NCBI GenBank assembly: GCA_963801165.1
Contig: CAWDDT010000011.1
Span: forward strand, 192,001 to 256,000
From: an uncultured bacterium
GTDB lineage: Bacteria > Actinomycetota > Acidimicrobiia > Spongiisociales > UBA5794
Reading direction: 5' to 3'
DNA: 64,000 bases
The notes under the pieces were generated by a model, which was not told where the DNA came from, ran no database searches, and saw nothing but the letters and a program-made list of their open reading frames with translations. Position numbers and translations under genes: made by a program. Shown here one piece after another: positions 1-9,127 of the stretch; position 1 is the first letter of the stretch, and each line of letters begins with the position of its first letter.

Positions 1-438
1 CACCGGCTCGCGGTGGTCGGAGCCCGCCTCGGGTGCGGACCCTTCCCCCATCAGAAATGTGGCCACCGCATCGACAACCCGCTCGCCTGCGGCGGTGCCG
101 ACGCGGGCCGAGAAGGTCACAAAGAAAGAGCCTGCGCGCTCCCGGACACGGTCAACCGATCCGGTGACGATCAGTGCCGCACCCACCGGAAGCGGTGCGT
201 GCCAGGTAAAGGTCTGGTCGACGTGAACGAGCACGCCGGTGAAGGGCCGAACTCGTGGATCGTCGAGAAACCTGGGAGCTACGACAAACAAGAGCGCCGC
301 GGCGTAGCCCGGTGGGGCAAAGCGCTGCCAGCGATCTTCATCGTCACCGGTTGCGGTCACGTATTCGGCGACCTTCTCTGCCGAGATGCCAACCGCATAC
401 GGTCCGTAGGTGGCTCCGGCGACTTCCTCGAGACTCAT
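1..438 (-). CDS. MaoC/hot-dog (3R)-hydroxyacyl-ACP dehydratase, HadA-like N-terminal domain (runs off the window edge)
   Basis: Hand translation from ATG 438: MSLEEVAGATYGPYAVGISAEKVAEYVTATGD...APPGYAAALLF...VLVHVDQTFTWHAPLPVG. Its position downstream of rpmG matches actinobacterial rpmG-hadA synteny. TACCCT -10 lies 8 nt before the ATG. Not in the ORF track. Confidence 0.7.
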   Translation of the reverse strand, partial: MSLEEVAGATYGPYAVGISAEKVAEYVTATGDDEDRWQRFAPPGYAAALLFVVAPRFLDDPRVRPFTGVLVHVDQTFTWHAPLPVGAALIVTGSVDRVRERAGSFFVTFSARVGTAAGERVVDAVATFLMGEGSAPEAGSDHREPV

Positions 439-521
439 CGTGGAAAAGGGTACCCGCTTCACCGTCCCGCCGCGAGGGTGGCTCGGCGGGGGAAGACTCC
501 ATTGCAGGCAGTCATCTACCA

Positions 522-661
522 GGCCCCCATCGGCTTTGCCACTTCCCCCAAAGGGGGAAGGAATGCGGCGCCCACCGGCTTCAGCCGCTTCCCACGGAGG
601 GGGAAGGAATATGGCCCCCATCGGCTTCGCTGCGCTCAGCCACTTCCCCCAAAGGGGGAAG
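522..661 (+). repeat. Palindromic repeat family A, 2 copies plus 1 degenerate
   Basis: ggcccccatcggctt...ccacttcccccaaagggggaag occurs twice; same motif as at 15.9, 16.2, 23.6, 52.2 and 57.9 kb. Confidence 0.8.
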
Positions 662-669
662 TCATGGCG

Positions 670-831
670 TCAGCGGGTTTCGCGGTGTGGGGTGTGCTCG
701 CGGCACCAGCGGCAGTACTTCTTCAGCTCCAGCCGCTCGCGCGTGTTCGACTTGCTCTTGGTGGTGACGTAGTTGCGACGCTTGCATTTCTCGCAAGCGA
801 GCGTCAACGGCGGTCTCTTGTCAGATGCCAT
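670..831 (-). CDS. rpmG: 50S ribosomal protein L33 (Zn-ribbon, C+ form)
   Basis: Hand translation [53 protein letters not shown] (53 aa) with two CxxC motifs. Confidence 0.97.
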   Translation of the reverse strand: MASDKRPPLTLACEKCKRRNYVTTKSKSNTRERLELKKYCRWCREHTPHRETR

Positions 832-889
832 GTTGCTTCGATCCTATCCAATCCAATGTATGCGACCAGCTCCGGTCTCGCTGGGCTCC

Positions 890-940
890 GGTTGGAGTTT
901 CGCCGGGCGGAACTCCAACCTGACCGCCTACGCGGTCAGG
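890..940. repeat. Twin hairpin (repeat family C) between tuf and rpmG
   Basis: ggttggagtttcgcc-ggg-cggaactccaacc plus cctgaccgc-ctac-gcggtcagg; resembles 9001-9085. Confidence 0.55.
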
Positions 941-943
941 CGG

Positions 944-2137
944 CTACTTGATGATGTTGATGACCCGACCAGCACCGACAGTACGGCCACCCTCCCGAAT
1001 CGCAAACCGCAACCCCTCATCCATAGCAATCGGCTTACCCAACTCCACCGTCATCTCAGTGTTATCACCAGGCATCACCATCTCAGTACCCTCAGGCAAA
1101 GACACCGTCCCAGTCACATCCGTCGTCCGGAAATAAAACTGCGGCCGATACCCATCAAAAAACGGGTTATGCCGACCACCCTCATCCTTAGTCAACACAT
1201 ACACCTGAGCCACAAAATTCGTATGAGGCGTAATCGAACCAGGCTTAGCAACCACCTGACCCCGCTCCACCGCATCCTTCCCAATCCCCCGCAACAACAA
1301 CCCAACATTGTCCCCAGCCTGACCCTCATCAAGCAACTTACGGAACATCTCAACACCAGTCACCGTCGTCGACTGCACATCCCGCAAACCAATGATCTCA
1401 ACCTGCTCACCAACATGAATCACACCAGTCTCAATACGGCCAGTCACCACCGTCCCCCGACCAGTAATCGAAAACACATCCTCAATCGCCATCATGAACG
1501 GCTTATCCGTCTCCCGCACCGGCTCAGGAATATACGAATCAACCGCATCCATCAACTCATGAATAGACGCAACCGCCGCCGGATCATTCTCCTCCAAAGC
1601 CTTCAAAGCAGACCCACGAACAACCGGAATGTCATCCCCAGGAAACTCATACTCAGTAAGAAGATCCCGAACCTCGAGCTCAACCAGATCCAACAACTCC
1701 TCATCATCAACCTGATCAGTCTTATTCATATACACAACAATGTAAGGAACACCAACCTGACGAGCCAACAACACATGCTCACGAGTCTGCGGCATCGGAC
1801 CATCAGCAGCAGACACCACCAAAATCGCCCCATCAACCTGAGCAGCACCCGTAATCATGTTCTTCACATAATCAGCATGCCCCGGCATATCAACATGCGC
1901 ATAATGACGATTCGCCGTCTCATACTCCACATGAGCAATCGCAATCGTGATACCCCGCTCCCTCTCCTCAGGAGCCTTATCAATCTCATCAAACGCCGTA
2001 AACTTCGTCGACCCCGACCCCTCCTCAGACAACACCTTCGTAATCGCAGCCGTCAAAGTCGTCTTCCCATGATCAATATGACCCATAGTCCCAACATTCA
2101 CATGCGGCTTCGTCCGCTCGAACTTCTCCTTAGCCAT
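944..2137 (-). CDS. tuf: Elongation factor Tu
   Basis: [59 protein letters not shown]. Confidence 0.99.
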   Translation of the reverse strand: MAKEKFERTKPHVNVGTMGHIDHGKTTLTAAITKVLSEEGSGSTKFTAFDEIDKAPEERERGITIAIAHVEYETANRHYAHVDMPGHADYVKNMITGAAQVDGAILVVSAADGPMPQTREHVLLARQVGVPYIVVYMNKTDQVDDEELLDLVELEVRDLLTEYEFPGDDIPVVRGSALKALEENDPAAVASIHELMDAVDSYIPEPVRETDKPFMMAIEDVFSITGRGTVVTGRIETGVIHVGEQVEIIGLRDVQSTTVTGVEMFRKLLDEGQAGDNVGLLLRGIGKDAVERGQVVAKPGSITPHTNFVAQVYVLTKDEGGRHNPFFDGYRPQFYFRTTDVTGTVSLPEGTEMVMPGDNTEMTVELGKPIAMDEGLRFAIREGGRTVGAGRVINIIK

Positions 2138-2183
2138 CTTTCCTCGGGCTCCCTCGTGTGGATTGCGGTCTTTTCCGGTTGCG

Positions 2184-2257
2184 TAGCGGCGGGCAGACTT
2201 GAACTGCCGACCTCGCGATTATGAGTCGCGCGCTCTCACCGACTGAGCTACGCCGCC
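2184..2257 (-). tRNA. tRNA-Met(CAT), probably elongator
   Basis: Reverse complement GGCGGCGTAGCTCAGTCGGTGAGAGCGCGCGACTCATAATCGCGAGGTCGGCAGTTCAAGTCTGCCCGCCGCTA; CCA not encoded. Confidence 0.93.
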
Positions 2258-2287
2258 TCGTCAGCCGACCGGATGGCCGGAAGGCCG

Positions 2288-2359
2288 AGCCCTCTCTGGG
2301 GATTGAACCCAGGACCTCCTCCTTACCATGGAGGCGCTCTACCACTGAGCTAAGAGGGC
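2288..2359 (-). tRNA. tRNA-Thr(GGT)
   Basis: Reverse complement GCCCTCTTAGCTCAGTGGTAGAGCGCCTCCATGGTAAGGAGGAGGTCCTGGGTTCAATCCCCAGAGAGGGCT. Confidence 0.95.
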
Positions 2360-2429
2360 AGTTCGTGGAAGATTAATCCCACAAACCACAAGGGAAAAGA
2401 CGACCTCCGCCGTCTCCTCCTTGCGGTCG

Positions 2430-2511
2430 TGCTGGGAGAAGGATTTGAACCTCCGAAGGCATTGCCGGCAGATTTACAGTCTGCTCCCTTTGGCCGCTCG
2501 GGCATCCCAGC
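2430..2511 (-). tRNA. tRNA-Tyr(GTA)
   Basis: Reverse complement GCTGGGATGCCCGAGCGGCCAAAGGGAGCAGACTGTAAATCTGCCGGCAATGCCTTCGGAGGTTCAAATCCTTCTCCCAGCA, with a long variable arm. Confidence 0.95.
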
Positions 2512-2589
2512 TCGGTTCCTCAGAGCGGCTGTACGTTAGTCCGTGCGCGCACCGAGGGAAAAGCCGTGCGGTCTGTGCACGCCCGGCTG

Positions 2590-3450
2590 CTACCGGATTC
2601 CCATCTGCATCCTCTCGAGCCGAGCGATCCGCTCGGGGATGGGCGGGTGGGTGCTGAACATCCTGGCAAAGCTCCCGCCGCCGTTGCGCCCACCGAGGGC
2701 CTTCAACGGGTCGGAGATGAACAGCTGCGAGACCGCCGGATCCACGTTCATCGGGATCTGCGAGCCGCGCTCCAGCTTCGCCAGTGCGCTGGCCAGCGCC
2801 ATCGGAGAACCGGTCAACTTGGCGCCCGACTCATCCGCCTGGAACTCGCGAGACCGGCTGATAGCCATCTGGATCACCGCGGCGGCGATCGGGGCGAGGA
2901 TCATCGCCAGGAGACCGACGAGCATCGAACCACCGTTGTTGTCCCTTCTCCGACCCATGCCTCCCCAGAAGTACATCCGGGCCAGGAAGGACAGTGCCGC
3001 ACCAATGGTGGCGGCGATCGATGAGATCAGAATGTCACGGTTGCGCACGTGCGACAACTCATGGCCGAGCACGCCCTCCAGCTCGGAGGGGTTCATCATT
3101 TCGAGGATGCCTCTGGTCACGGCTACAGCGGCGTGCTTCGGATTGCGACCGGTAGCGAACGCGTTTGGCTGCTGCGACTCGATGAAGTACATACGCGGCA
3201 TAGGCATGTTCTCGCGGCTGGCCAGGCTGCGGACCATGGCGTACACCTCGGGCATGTCGCTTTCCGCGACGGGACGCGCCCTGGCTGCGGCGAGGGCCAT
3301 CCTGTCCGAGAAAAAGTAGACGCCGAAATTGAAGATAACGGCGAAGATAAGGGCGATTGCAGCTCCGCTCCCTTGTCCGAGGGCGTACCCGACGGCCACG
3401 AAGAGGCCACCCATGAAACCCAGGAGCACGGCTGTCTTGACGTTGTTCAT
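2590..3450 (-). CDS. htpX: Zinc metalloprotease HtpX (M48)
   Basis: MNNVKTAVLL start, QPNAFATGRNP, HELSH (HExxH), SRSREFQAD, FSTHPP. TACAAT lies 6 nt before the ATG (leaderless). Confidence 0.95.
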   Translation of the reverse strand: MNNVKTAVLLGFMGGLFVAVGYALGQGSGAAIALIFAVIFNFGVYFFSDRMALAAARARPVAESDMPEVYAMVRSLASRENMPMPRMYFIESQQPNAFATGRNPKHAAVAVTRGILEMMNPSELEGVLGHELSHVRNRDILISSIAATIGAALSFLARMYFWGGMGRRRDNNGGSMLVGLLAMILAPIAAAVIQMAISRSREFQADESGAKLTGSPMALASALAKLERGSQIPMNVDPAVSQLFISDPLKALGGRNGGGSFARMFSTHPPIPERIARLERMQMGIR

Positions 3451-3586
3451 ATCTGAATTGTATCCGCAGGCACCCGGTACTTCACCGTTTGGGCCAGACG
3501 CGACATCGAGGGCACCTTGATCAACGCGGGGGTGGCGAGGGCCGCTCCCATGTTCCTGCTGAAGGTGGTCAAGCACACGTCTCGTC

Positions 3587-3674
3587 CCGCGCCAGACTGG
3601 TCCGCGCCAGACTGGTCCGCGCCAGACTGGTCCGCGCCAGACTGGTCCGCGCCAGACTGGTCCGCGCCAGACTG
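3587..3674. repeat. 15-bp tandem repeat (ccgcgccagactggt) x5 plus a 13-nt partial
   Basis: Perfect copies read directly; located in the divergent htpX / methyltransferase intergenic region. Confidence 0.95.
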
Positions 3675-3682
3675 ATGGTGAG

Positions 3683-4282
3683 ATGACCGACCTCGTATTG
3701 ATCGCCAACGTCGCGTGCTGGGGCGCTGTCGTGACCTTGTGGACCACCGGCGCGCTGTACAACGCGCTCCACGGCGCGCGCCGGCGGCCACACGACCGGT
3801 CCCGGCCGCCGGGGATCGTCCTCGCCGCGTTCCTGGCCTGCGCCATCGTCGCGATCGTGGGCCAGGCGGTCGCGCCCGATCTCGTCGTCGACGTCCTGTG
3901 GCTTCGCCTGCTCGGGCTCGTCCTGCTGGTCGTTGCGACGATGTTCGCTATCCGGGCCCGCTTCACCCTCGGCACGTCGTGGAGCGTGGCACCGACTGTC
4001 GCGGGCGATCAGCGACTCCGGACGAGCGGGCACTACGGCGTCACGAGGCATCCCATCTACACGGGCATCCTGGGCATGGCGCTCGCCAGCGCGCTACTCG
4101 GCGGCTTCGGCGTCTGGATGGTCATCGTGGCGATCATCGGCATCGGGTTCGCCGTCAAGATCCGGATGGAGGAAGCGCTGCTGCTGGCGACTTTCCCCGA
4201 CGAGTACCCCGCCTACCGGGAACGGGTGCCGCAGCTCGTGCCGGGCCTGAACCTGCTGCGCCGGCGGCCGAAGGGCGCGTAG
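3683..4282 (+). CDS. Isoprenylcysteine carboxyl methyltransferase (ICMT/PEMT) family membrane protein
   Basis: Hydrophobic helices; LRTSGHYGVTRHPIYTG and EEALL..FPDEYPAYRERVP motifs. Confidence 0.85.
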   Translation: MTDLVLIANVACWGAVVTLWTTGALYNALHGARRRPHDRSRPPGIVLAAFLACAIVAIVGQAVAPDLVVDVLWLRLLGLVLLVVATMFAIRARFTLGTSWSVAPTVAGDQRLRTSGHYGVTRHPIYTGILGMALASALLGGFGVWMVIVAIIGIGFAVKIRMEEALLLATFPDEYPAYRERVPQLVPGLNLLRRRPKGA

Positions 4283-4592
4283 GGGAGGACACCCGCGAGG
4301 CCGGACATTGAGGATCGGGCGGGCGCACCCGGGCGAGCTGCTAGCGCATGGCCTTCGTCCACCGCCGCCGTCATCGACTCGCCGTTAAGCCCGGCGAGCC
4401 TGCGGACACCCATCCGGCCGTCGATGATCATGGGAAACCTGCACGACCTCTCTAGTCACAAAAATGGTCACCTCGTGTCCGTGGAAATGAGTAGCCTTGC
4501 TCCCAATTAGGAGAGGGAATGGAGTGTGCCAGGAGGCACCTTTTTGGGTGGCTGCTTTTTCTCCCTCAGGACATAGGGAAGGGGCCCATCAC

Positions 4593-7500
4593 GTGTCTCG
4601 ACGTTTGTTAATACTCGCCGCCGTTCTGACGACACTGCTTGCAGTGGCGTCACCGGTCACGGCGCAGGAGAGCACGGCGGATCGATCTGCCGATAGACCG
4701 CTGCCGGCGGCGCTAGATAGCGCACGCCTGGCAACACCTATCAACCGGACGTTCAACGCGGACGTGCTCGACGCAAGCCTCGCCGGGGCCACAGGCCCGA
4801 CGAGGGTAATCATCACACTGAGCTCTCCGTCGGTGGCCGAGTCGGCGTTGACCGGCACACAGGCGACTAGCCGTAAGCACGCCATCGAAAGCGAGCAAAC
4901 CGGGTTGGTCGACCGGATGAGAAAGGCCGACCGCAGCGCCCGTGTTCTGGGCAACGTCCAGGTCGTCCTCAATGCCGTGTTTGCCGAAGTCGACGGCGCC
5001 TCGCTCGAGGCCCTAGCGGCAGATCCCTCGATCGAGCGGATCGCTCCAGTCGGCAATTACCAGGTCGACCTGTCGGAAACCGTTCCGTATATCGGCGCCT
5101 CCGCTGCCCACGACCTGGGCTACGACGGCACCGGCATACGCGTTGCCGTGCTTGACAGCGGCATCGACTACACCCACGCCGCCCTCGGCGGCTCGGGAGA
5201 TCCCGCGGAGTATGCAGCAAACGATCCGGCCGTTATCGAGCCCGGCACGTTCCCGACCGCAAAGGTCGTCGGTGGCTACGACTTCGTCGGGTCACTGTGG
5301 GATGGTTCCGCCGTCACGACCGAGAGCCCGGATCCGGATCCTCTCGACGACGGTCCTGGGGCCGGTCACGGAACCCACGTCGGCCATATCATTGCCGGCG
5401 TCGGCGGCGTTGCTCCGGGTGCCGATCTGTACGCCGTCAAGGTGTGCTCCTCGGTCTCGACGAGCTGTTCGGGGATCGCGCTGATACAAGGAATGAACTT
5501 CGCCCTCGATCCCAACGGTGACGGCAACCCGTCCGATCACGTGGACATCATCAACATGTCGCTGGGTTCCGATTACGGCCAGCCATTCGACGACGACCTG
5601 TCCATGGCTGTCGATCATGCCAGCGCCCTTGGCGTTCTGACCGTTGCCGCCTCCGGCAACGGTGGCGACAAGCCGTACATCAGCGGCACGCCTGCGGCAG
5701 CCCCGACTGCCCTTTCGGTTGCCCAGACCCAGGTGCCGTCGGCAGCTCTCCAGCTGCTCGACGTCAACGGCTCGGACCCGGATTACTCGGCTGTGTTCCA
5801 GCCGTGGGCAGCACCGCTGACCTCGACCATCAGCGCACCGATCCAGTACGCTGACGGTGCCGGTGGCAACCTGGACGGTTGTGCTCCGTTCACACCAGGA
5901 TCGCTGAGCGGTCTGATCGTCCTTGTCGACCGTGGCGCCTGCAACTTCACCTTGAAGATCCTCAATGTGCAGGAAGCGGGCGGTCTCGTCGGCATCATCG
6001 GTCTCGTGGCGCCCGGCGCCCCGTTCTCCGGTGGCGACGGTGGCGACGGCCCCATCACGATTCCCGGCTACATGATCAGCCAGGACGATGCCAACGCTAT
6101 CAAGGCGGCGTTGCCAGCCACGGCGACATTCGACCCGGCCAACTCATTGCCGCTCGTCGGTCAGATGGTCGGCTCGTCGTCACGCGGCCCATCGGCCGAC
6201 AACCTGATCAAGCCGGAGATCGGCGCCCCGGGCGCTTCGGTCTCGGCAATCGCAGGCACAGGAACCGATGAGGGCCCGTTCGGCGGGACTTCGGGGGCAA
6301 CTCCGATGGTCACCGGTTCGGCCGCCTTGCTGCTCCAGGCTCAGCCAGCGTTGAGCCCGCTCGAGCTGAAGGCAAAGCTGATGAACACCGGCTATACGGA
6401 CATCGACACCGACCCCTTCACGGGTCTGGCACCGATCACCCGTATAGGCGGCGGTGAGGTACGTGCAGACGATGCCATAACCGCCGGCGCAGCCGCGTGG
6501 GATCAGAGCGCGCCCGCAGGCGACCTGAGCTTCGGCTTTGTCGATGTCGACAAGAGCACGATGACGCTGAAGAAGAAGGTCGTTGTTCACAACTACTCGA
6601 GCAGCAACGCGACCTACCAGATCAACAGCAACTTCCGGTATGCCGACGACCAGGCAACCGGTGCCGTTGAGTTGTTGATGCCGAGCTCGATCTACGTGCC
6701 GGCCGGTGGCGAGAGGATCTTCAACGTGACGATGAAGATCCACGGTGCCAACCTGCTCGGGAACTACATGAACATAGGCGACGGTGGAGCCGATCCGACG
6801 GGCCTCAACATCAACGAGTTCGATGGCTACATCACGCTCGATGATGGGGTGCAGCCGATTCACGTCGCCTGGCAGGTCTTGCCGCGCGCGGCCGCGAATG
6901 TTGCGACGAACGGCAGGATCACGTTCAACGGTGATACGGCAACGGCCAACCTGTCGAACGTCGGGGCGGGCACCGCTCAGCTCGATGCGTACTCGTTGCT
7001 TGCGGTCAGCCCCAACATCCCCTCGGGTCCCGAGGGTGCGCAGTCACCGGTGCCGGACATTCGGGCGGTCGGTATAAACACGTTCCCGGTGCCTGCCGGC
7101 TACTGTTCCGATGATCCGTCGTTCATCTGGGCGTTTGCGATCAACACGTGGGAGCGGCAGTCACACGGGTGGCCGGTCAGCAACCAGGTGTATCTCGACA
7201 TCAACCAGGACGGCACTGACGACTACGTGGTCCTTGACCGTGACGTGACGTTCACCGGTGTGGGAGATGGACGCTGGCTGACCTGGGCCGTCAACCTGGC
7301 AACGGGTGACTCGTCCGCCTTCTTCTTCGCCGAGAACGGGACCAACAGCAGCAATACTGTGCTGTACATCTGTGGTGAGCAAGTGGGTCTGACCGGAACC
7401 GACATGCTGGCGACCAACGTCGACATGTCCGTTTTCGCCCAGGACTTCTACTACGGAGGACCAGGCGACACGGTCGAAGGCCTGACGGTGACACCACTCG

Positions 7501-7724
7501 GTGAGCGGTATGTCGCCACAGCCATCGACGACATCGCTCCGCTTGACCACACCTCAGTCGGGGTGACGGACTTCGGTGCATTCCCGGGCAACACGGATGA
7601 GCTCGGCCTGTTGGTGCTGACCAACGGTGATCGTGGTGACGGTGCTCATGGTGGCGCAGTCCTGCGCAGCGAGGCGTTGCCCCTGATCGCCCGACACCAC
7701 GGTGGGGGGTCGACGGCCAGCTAG
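4593..7724 (+). CDS. Secreted S8 subtilase with I9-like propeptide and PA domain (Vpr-like)
   Basis: Signal peptide from GTG 4593; catalytic triad VLDSGID / HGTHV / GTSGATP; PA domain LVDRGACNFTLK. Confidence 0.92.
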   Translation: MSRRLLILAAVLTTLLAVASPVTAQESTADRSADRPLPAALDSARLATPINRTFNADVLDASLAGATGPTRVIITLSSPSVAESALTGTQATSRKHAIESEQTGLVDRMRKADRSARVLGNVQVVLNAVFAEVDGASLEALAADPSIERIAPVGNYQVDLSETVPYIGASAAHDLGYDGTGIRVAVLDSGIDYTHAALGGSGDPAEYAANDPAVIEPGTFPTAKVVGGYDFVGSLWDGSAVTTESPDPDPLDDGPGAGHGTHVGHIIAGVGGVAPGADLYAVKVCSSVSTSCSGIALIQGMNFALDPNGDGNPSDHVDIINMSLGSDYGQPFDDDLSMAVDHASALGVLTVAASGNGGDKPYISGTPAAAPTALSVAQTQVPSAALQLLDVNGSDPDYSAVFQPWAAPLTSTISAPIQYADGAGGNLDGCAPFTPGSLSGLIVLVDRGACNFTLKILNVQEAGGLVGIIGLVAPGAPFSGGDGGDGPITIPGYMISQDDANAIKAALPATATFDPANSLPLVGQMVGSSSRGPSADNLIKPEIGAPGASVSAIAGTGTDEGPFGGTSGATPMVTGSAALLLQAQPALSPLELKAKLMNTGYTDIDTDPFTGLAPITRIGGGEVRADDAITAGAAAWDQSAPAGDLSFGFVDVDKSTMTLKKKVVVHNYSSSNATYQINSNFRYADDQATGAVELLMPSSIYVPAGGERIFNVTMKIHGANLLGNYMNIGDGGADPTGLNINEFDGYITLDDGVQPIHVAWQVLPRAAANVATNGRITFNGDTATANLSNVGAGTAQLDAYSLLAVSPNIPSGPEGAQSPVPDIRAVGINTFPVPAGYCSDDPSFIWAFAINTWERQSHGWPVSNQVYLDINQDGTDDYVVLDRDVTFTGVGDGRWLTWAVNLATGDSSAFFFAENGTNSSNTVLYICGEQVGLTGTDMLATNVDMSVFAQDFYYGGPGDTVEGLTVTPLGERYVATAIDDIAPLDHTSVGVTDFGAFPGNTDELGLLVLTNGDRGDGAHGGAVLRSEALPLIARHHGGGSTAS

Positions 7725-7752
7725 AGACACAAGACGGCAGCTACGAAAACGC

Positions 7753-7783
7753 AGAAGAGGGCCCCGAGTCGGGGCCCTCTTCT
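7753..7783. terminator. Bidirectional intrinsic terminator
   Basis: Perfect stem agaagagggccccg-agt-cggggccctcttct between convergent genes. Confidence 0.8.
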
Positions 7784-7796
7784 CGTATCCGGCGGA

Positions 7797-8339
7797 TCAG
7801 CCGGTCGGGTTCGAAGGCGGTGAGCCGCCACCCTCGCAAAGCTTGAAGTAGCCACTCGAAGAAGCCCGGTAGTCGTACTCAGAGTCGGCGTGGTCGATCA
7901 CCACCCAGTACCCGTTGACGAGTGCCTGGGTATAAGACTGTCCCGGCTCCGCACAACCAAGCGATCCATCGCTCCAGATAGCCGCCTCGTTACGGACAAC
8001 GGTCAGATCCGATTGTGAAGCGCCCGTCCGCTCGAGGACGTCGGCGACGATATTCGCCATCAAGTCGTCAGGCGTTGCGCCGGCCATCAGGTCTCCTCCC
8101 GTGGTGGTAACCGATTCGCCATCGGCAACCGTCGTCTCGGTTGCCGATGGTGTGGTGGCGGCCGGCGAATCGGTCGCCGCCGTAGTCGTCGCGGCAGCCT
8201 CCGATGTCGTAGTAGTCGACACGGGGACTGTTGTCGAAGACCCCACGGTGGGCTCACCGGTCCCGCATGCTGCGAGTACCAGGACCGCCGCCAGAGTTGC
8301 CGCCAGAGTTGCCGCTGGAGTTATCGCTCGGTTCTTCAT
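7797..8339 (-). CDS. Lipoprotein with Thr-rich linker and C-terminal WxDGSLGC..PG..YTQA domain
   Basis: MKNRAIT start with RBS; lipobox LAAC. Confidence 0.8.
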   Translation of the reverse strand: MKNRAITPAATLAATLAAVLVLAACGTGEPTVGSSTTVPVSTTTTSEAAATTTAATDSPAATTPSATETTVADGESVTTTGGDLMAGATPDDLMANIVADVLERTGASQSDLTVVRNEAAIWSDGSLGCAEPGQSYTQALVNGYWVVIDHADSEYDYRASSSGYFKLCEGGGSPPSNPTG

Positions 8340-8495
8340 TCCCTTCACCTCAAGACCTTGGACGACACAGACCGCGTATCCGGTTCCCGCAAAAGTCGAG
8401 CGAGTCTTGACACCGTGCCGCAAGCTGATGGGCAGAGGATATCGTTACCCGGGGGGAAGCCGAGCGGTCGCACTCGATCCGAGGAGAAATTGACG

Positions 8496-8999
8496 ATGGA
8501 AACATGGGACGCAATACGATCTCGCCGTAATGTGCGGACATACACCGATGAGCCAATCGACGAGGAAGACCTTGCTCGAATCCTGGAGGCGGCGCGACTC
8601 ACACCCTCTTCGAGCAACAGCCAGCCGTGGGACTTTGTCGTCTGCACCAACCGGGACCAGCTGGAGAAACTGTCCCAGGTTTGGAAGGGCGCAAGCCACG
8701 TTGCACGGTCCGCGGCGACAATCGCTCTCGTCGCCCCCCGCAGCAACCAGGAGTCGGCCCAATACGATCTGGGTCAGGCGACGATGAGCATCATGCTCGA
8801 GGCGGCCGACCTCGGGATCGGTTCGGGACACGCCTTTGTGTCGGACCACGACCTGGCAGCGGTGATCCTGAACATCCCCGAAGACCACATTTGTCTGTGG
8901 TTGGTCGCGCTCGGCTACCCGGCCGATCGGCCGCTGACGCCGATCGCCAAACCGGCCAGACGGCCCTTCGAAGAGGTCGTACACCGGGATCGCTGGTAG
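8496..8999 (+). CDS. Nitroreductase family protein
   Basis: METWDAIRSRRNVRTY, ARLTPSSSNSQPWDF; RBS gaggag. Confidence 0.92.
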   Translation: METWDAIRSRRNVRTYTDEPIDEEDLARILEAARLTPSSSNSQPWDFVVCTNRDQLEKLSQVWKGASHVARSAATIALVAPRSNQESAQYDLGQATMSIMLEAADLGIGSGHAFVSDHDLAAVILNIPEDHICLWLVALGYPADRPLTPIAKPARRPFEEVVHRDRW

Positions 9000-9000
9000 C

Positions 9001-9085
9001 AGCCTCAGACCCCGTCTGAGGCTTGAGTTTCGGCTCCGCCTGAGGCTACGCCTCAGGTTTGAGTTTCGGCTCCGCCGAAACTCAG
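9001..9085. repeat. Hairpin cluster (repeat family C) between convergent genes
   Basis: agcctcagac-ccc-gtctgaggct; tgagtttcggctccgcc x2; cctgaggctacgcctcagg; tgagtttcggc-tcc-gccgaaactca. Confidence 0.7.
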
Positions 9086-9127
9086 CCAGGCGTCTCAGCC
9101 AGTCGTTCGGCCAGTTGACCCGGGAGC

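Noticed and set aside
522-661. Relay ORF between rpmG and the hadA-like gene
   Set aside because: The repeat is antisense to the genes. The ATG after rpmG closes after 9 codons and the downstream gene has its own -10.
13-2224. Long plus-strand ORFs 13-951 and 773-2224
   Set aside because: They are antisense shadows of the hadA-like gene, rpmG and tuf. The 483-aa frame is probably open because of tuf's skewed codon usage.
2430-2590. Integrative element at tRNA-Tyr
   Set aside because: No integrase, and no duplicated tRNA 3' end was noticed in the window.
3451-3975. N-terminal extension of HtpX with PVWRG repeats
   Set aside because: Product of the 15-bp tandem repeat and the antisense of the ICMT gene. 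HtpX homology and a -10 box place the start at 3450.
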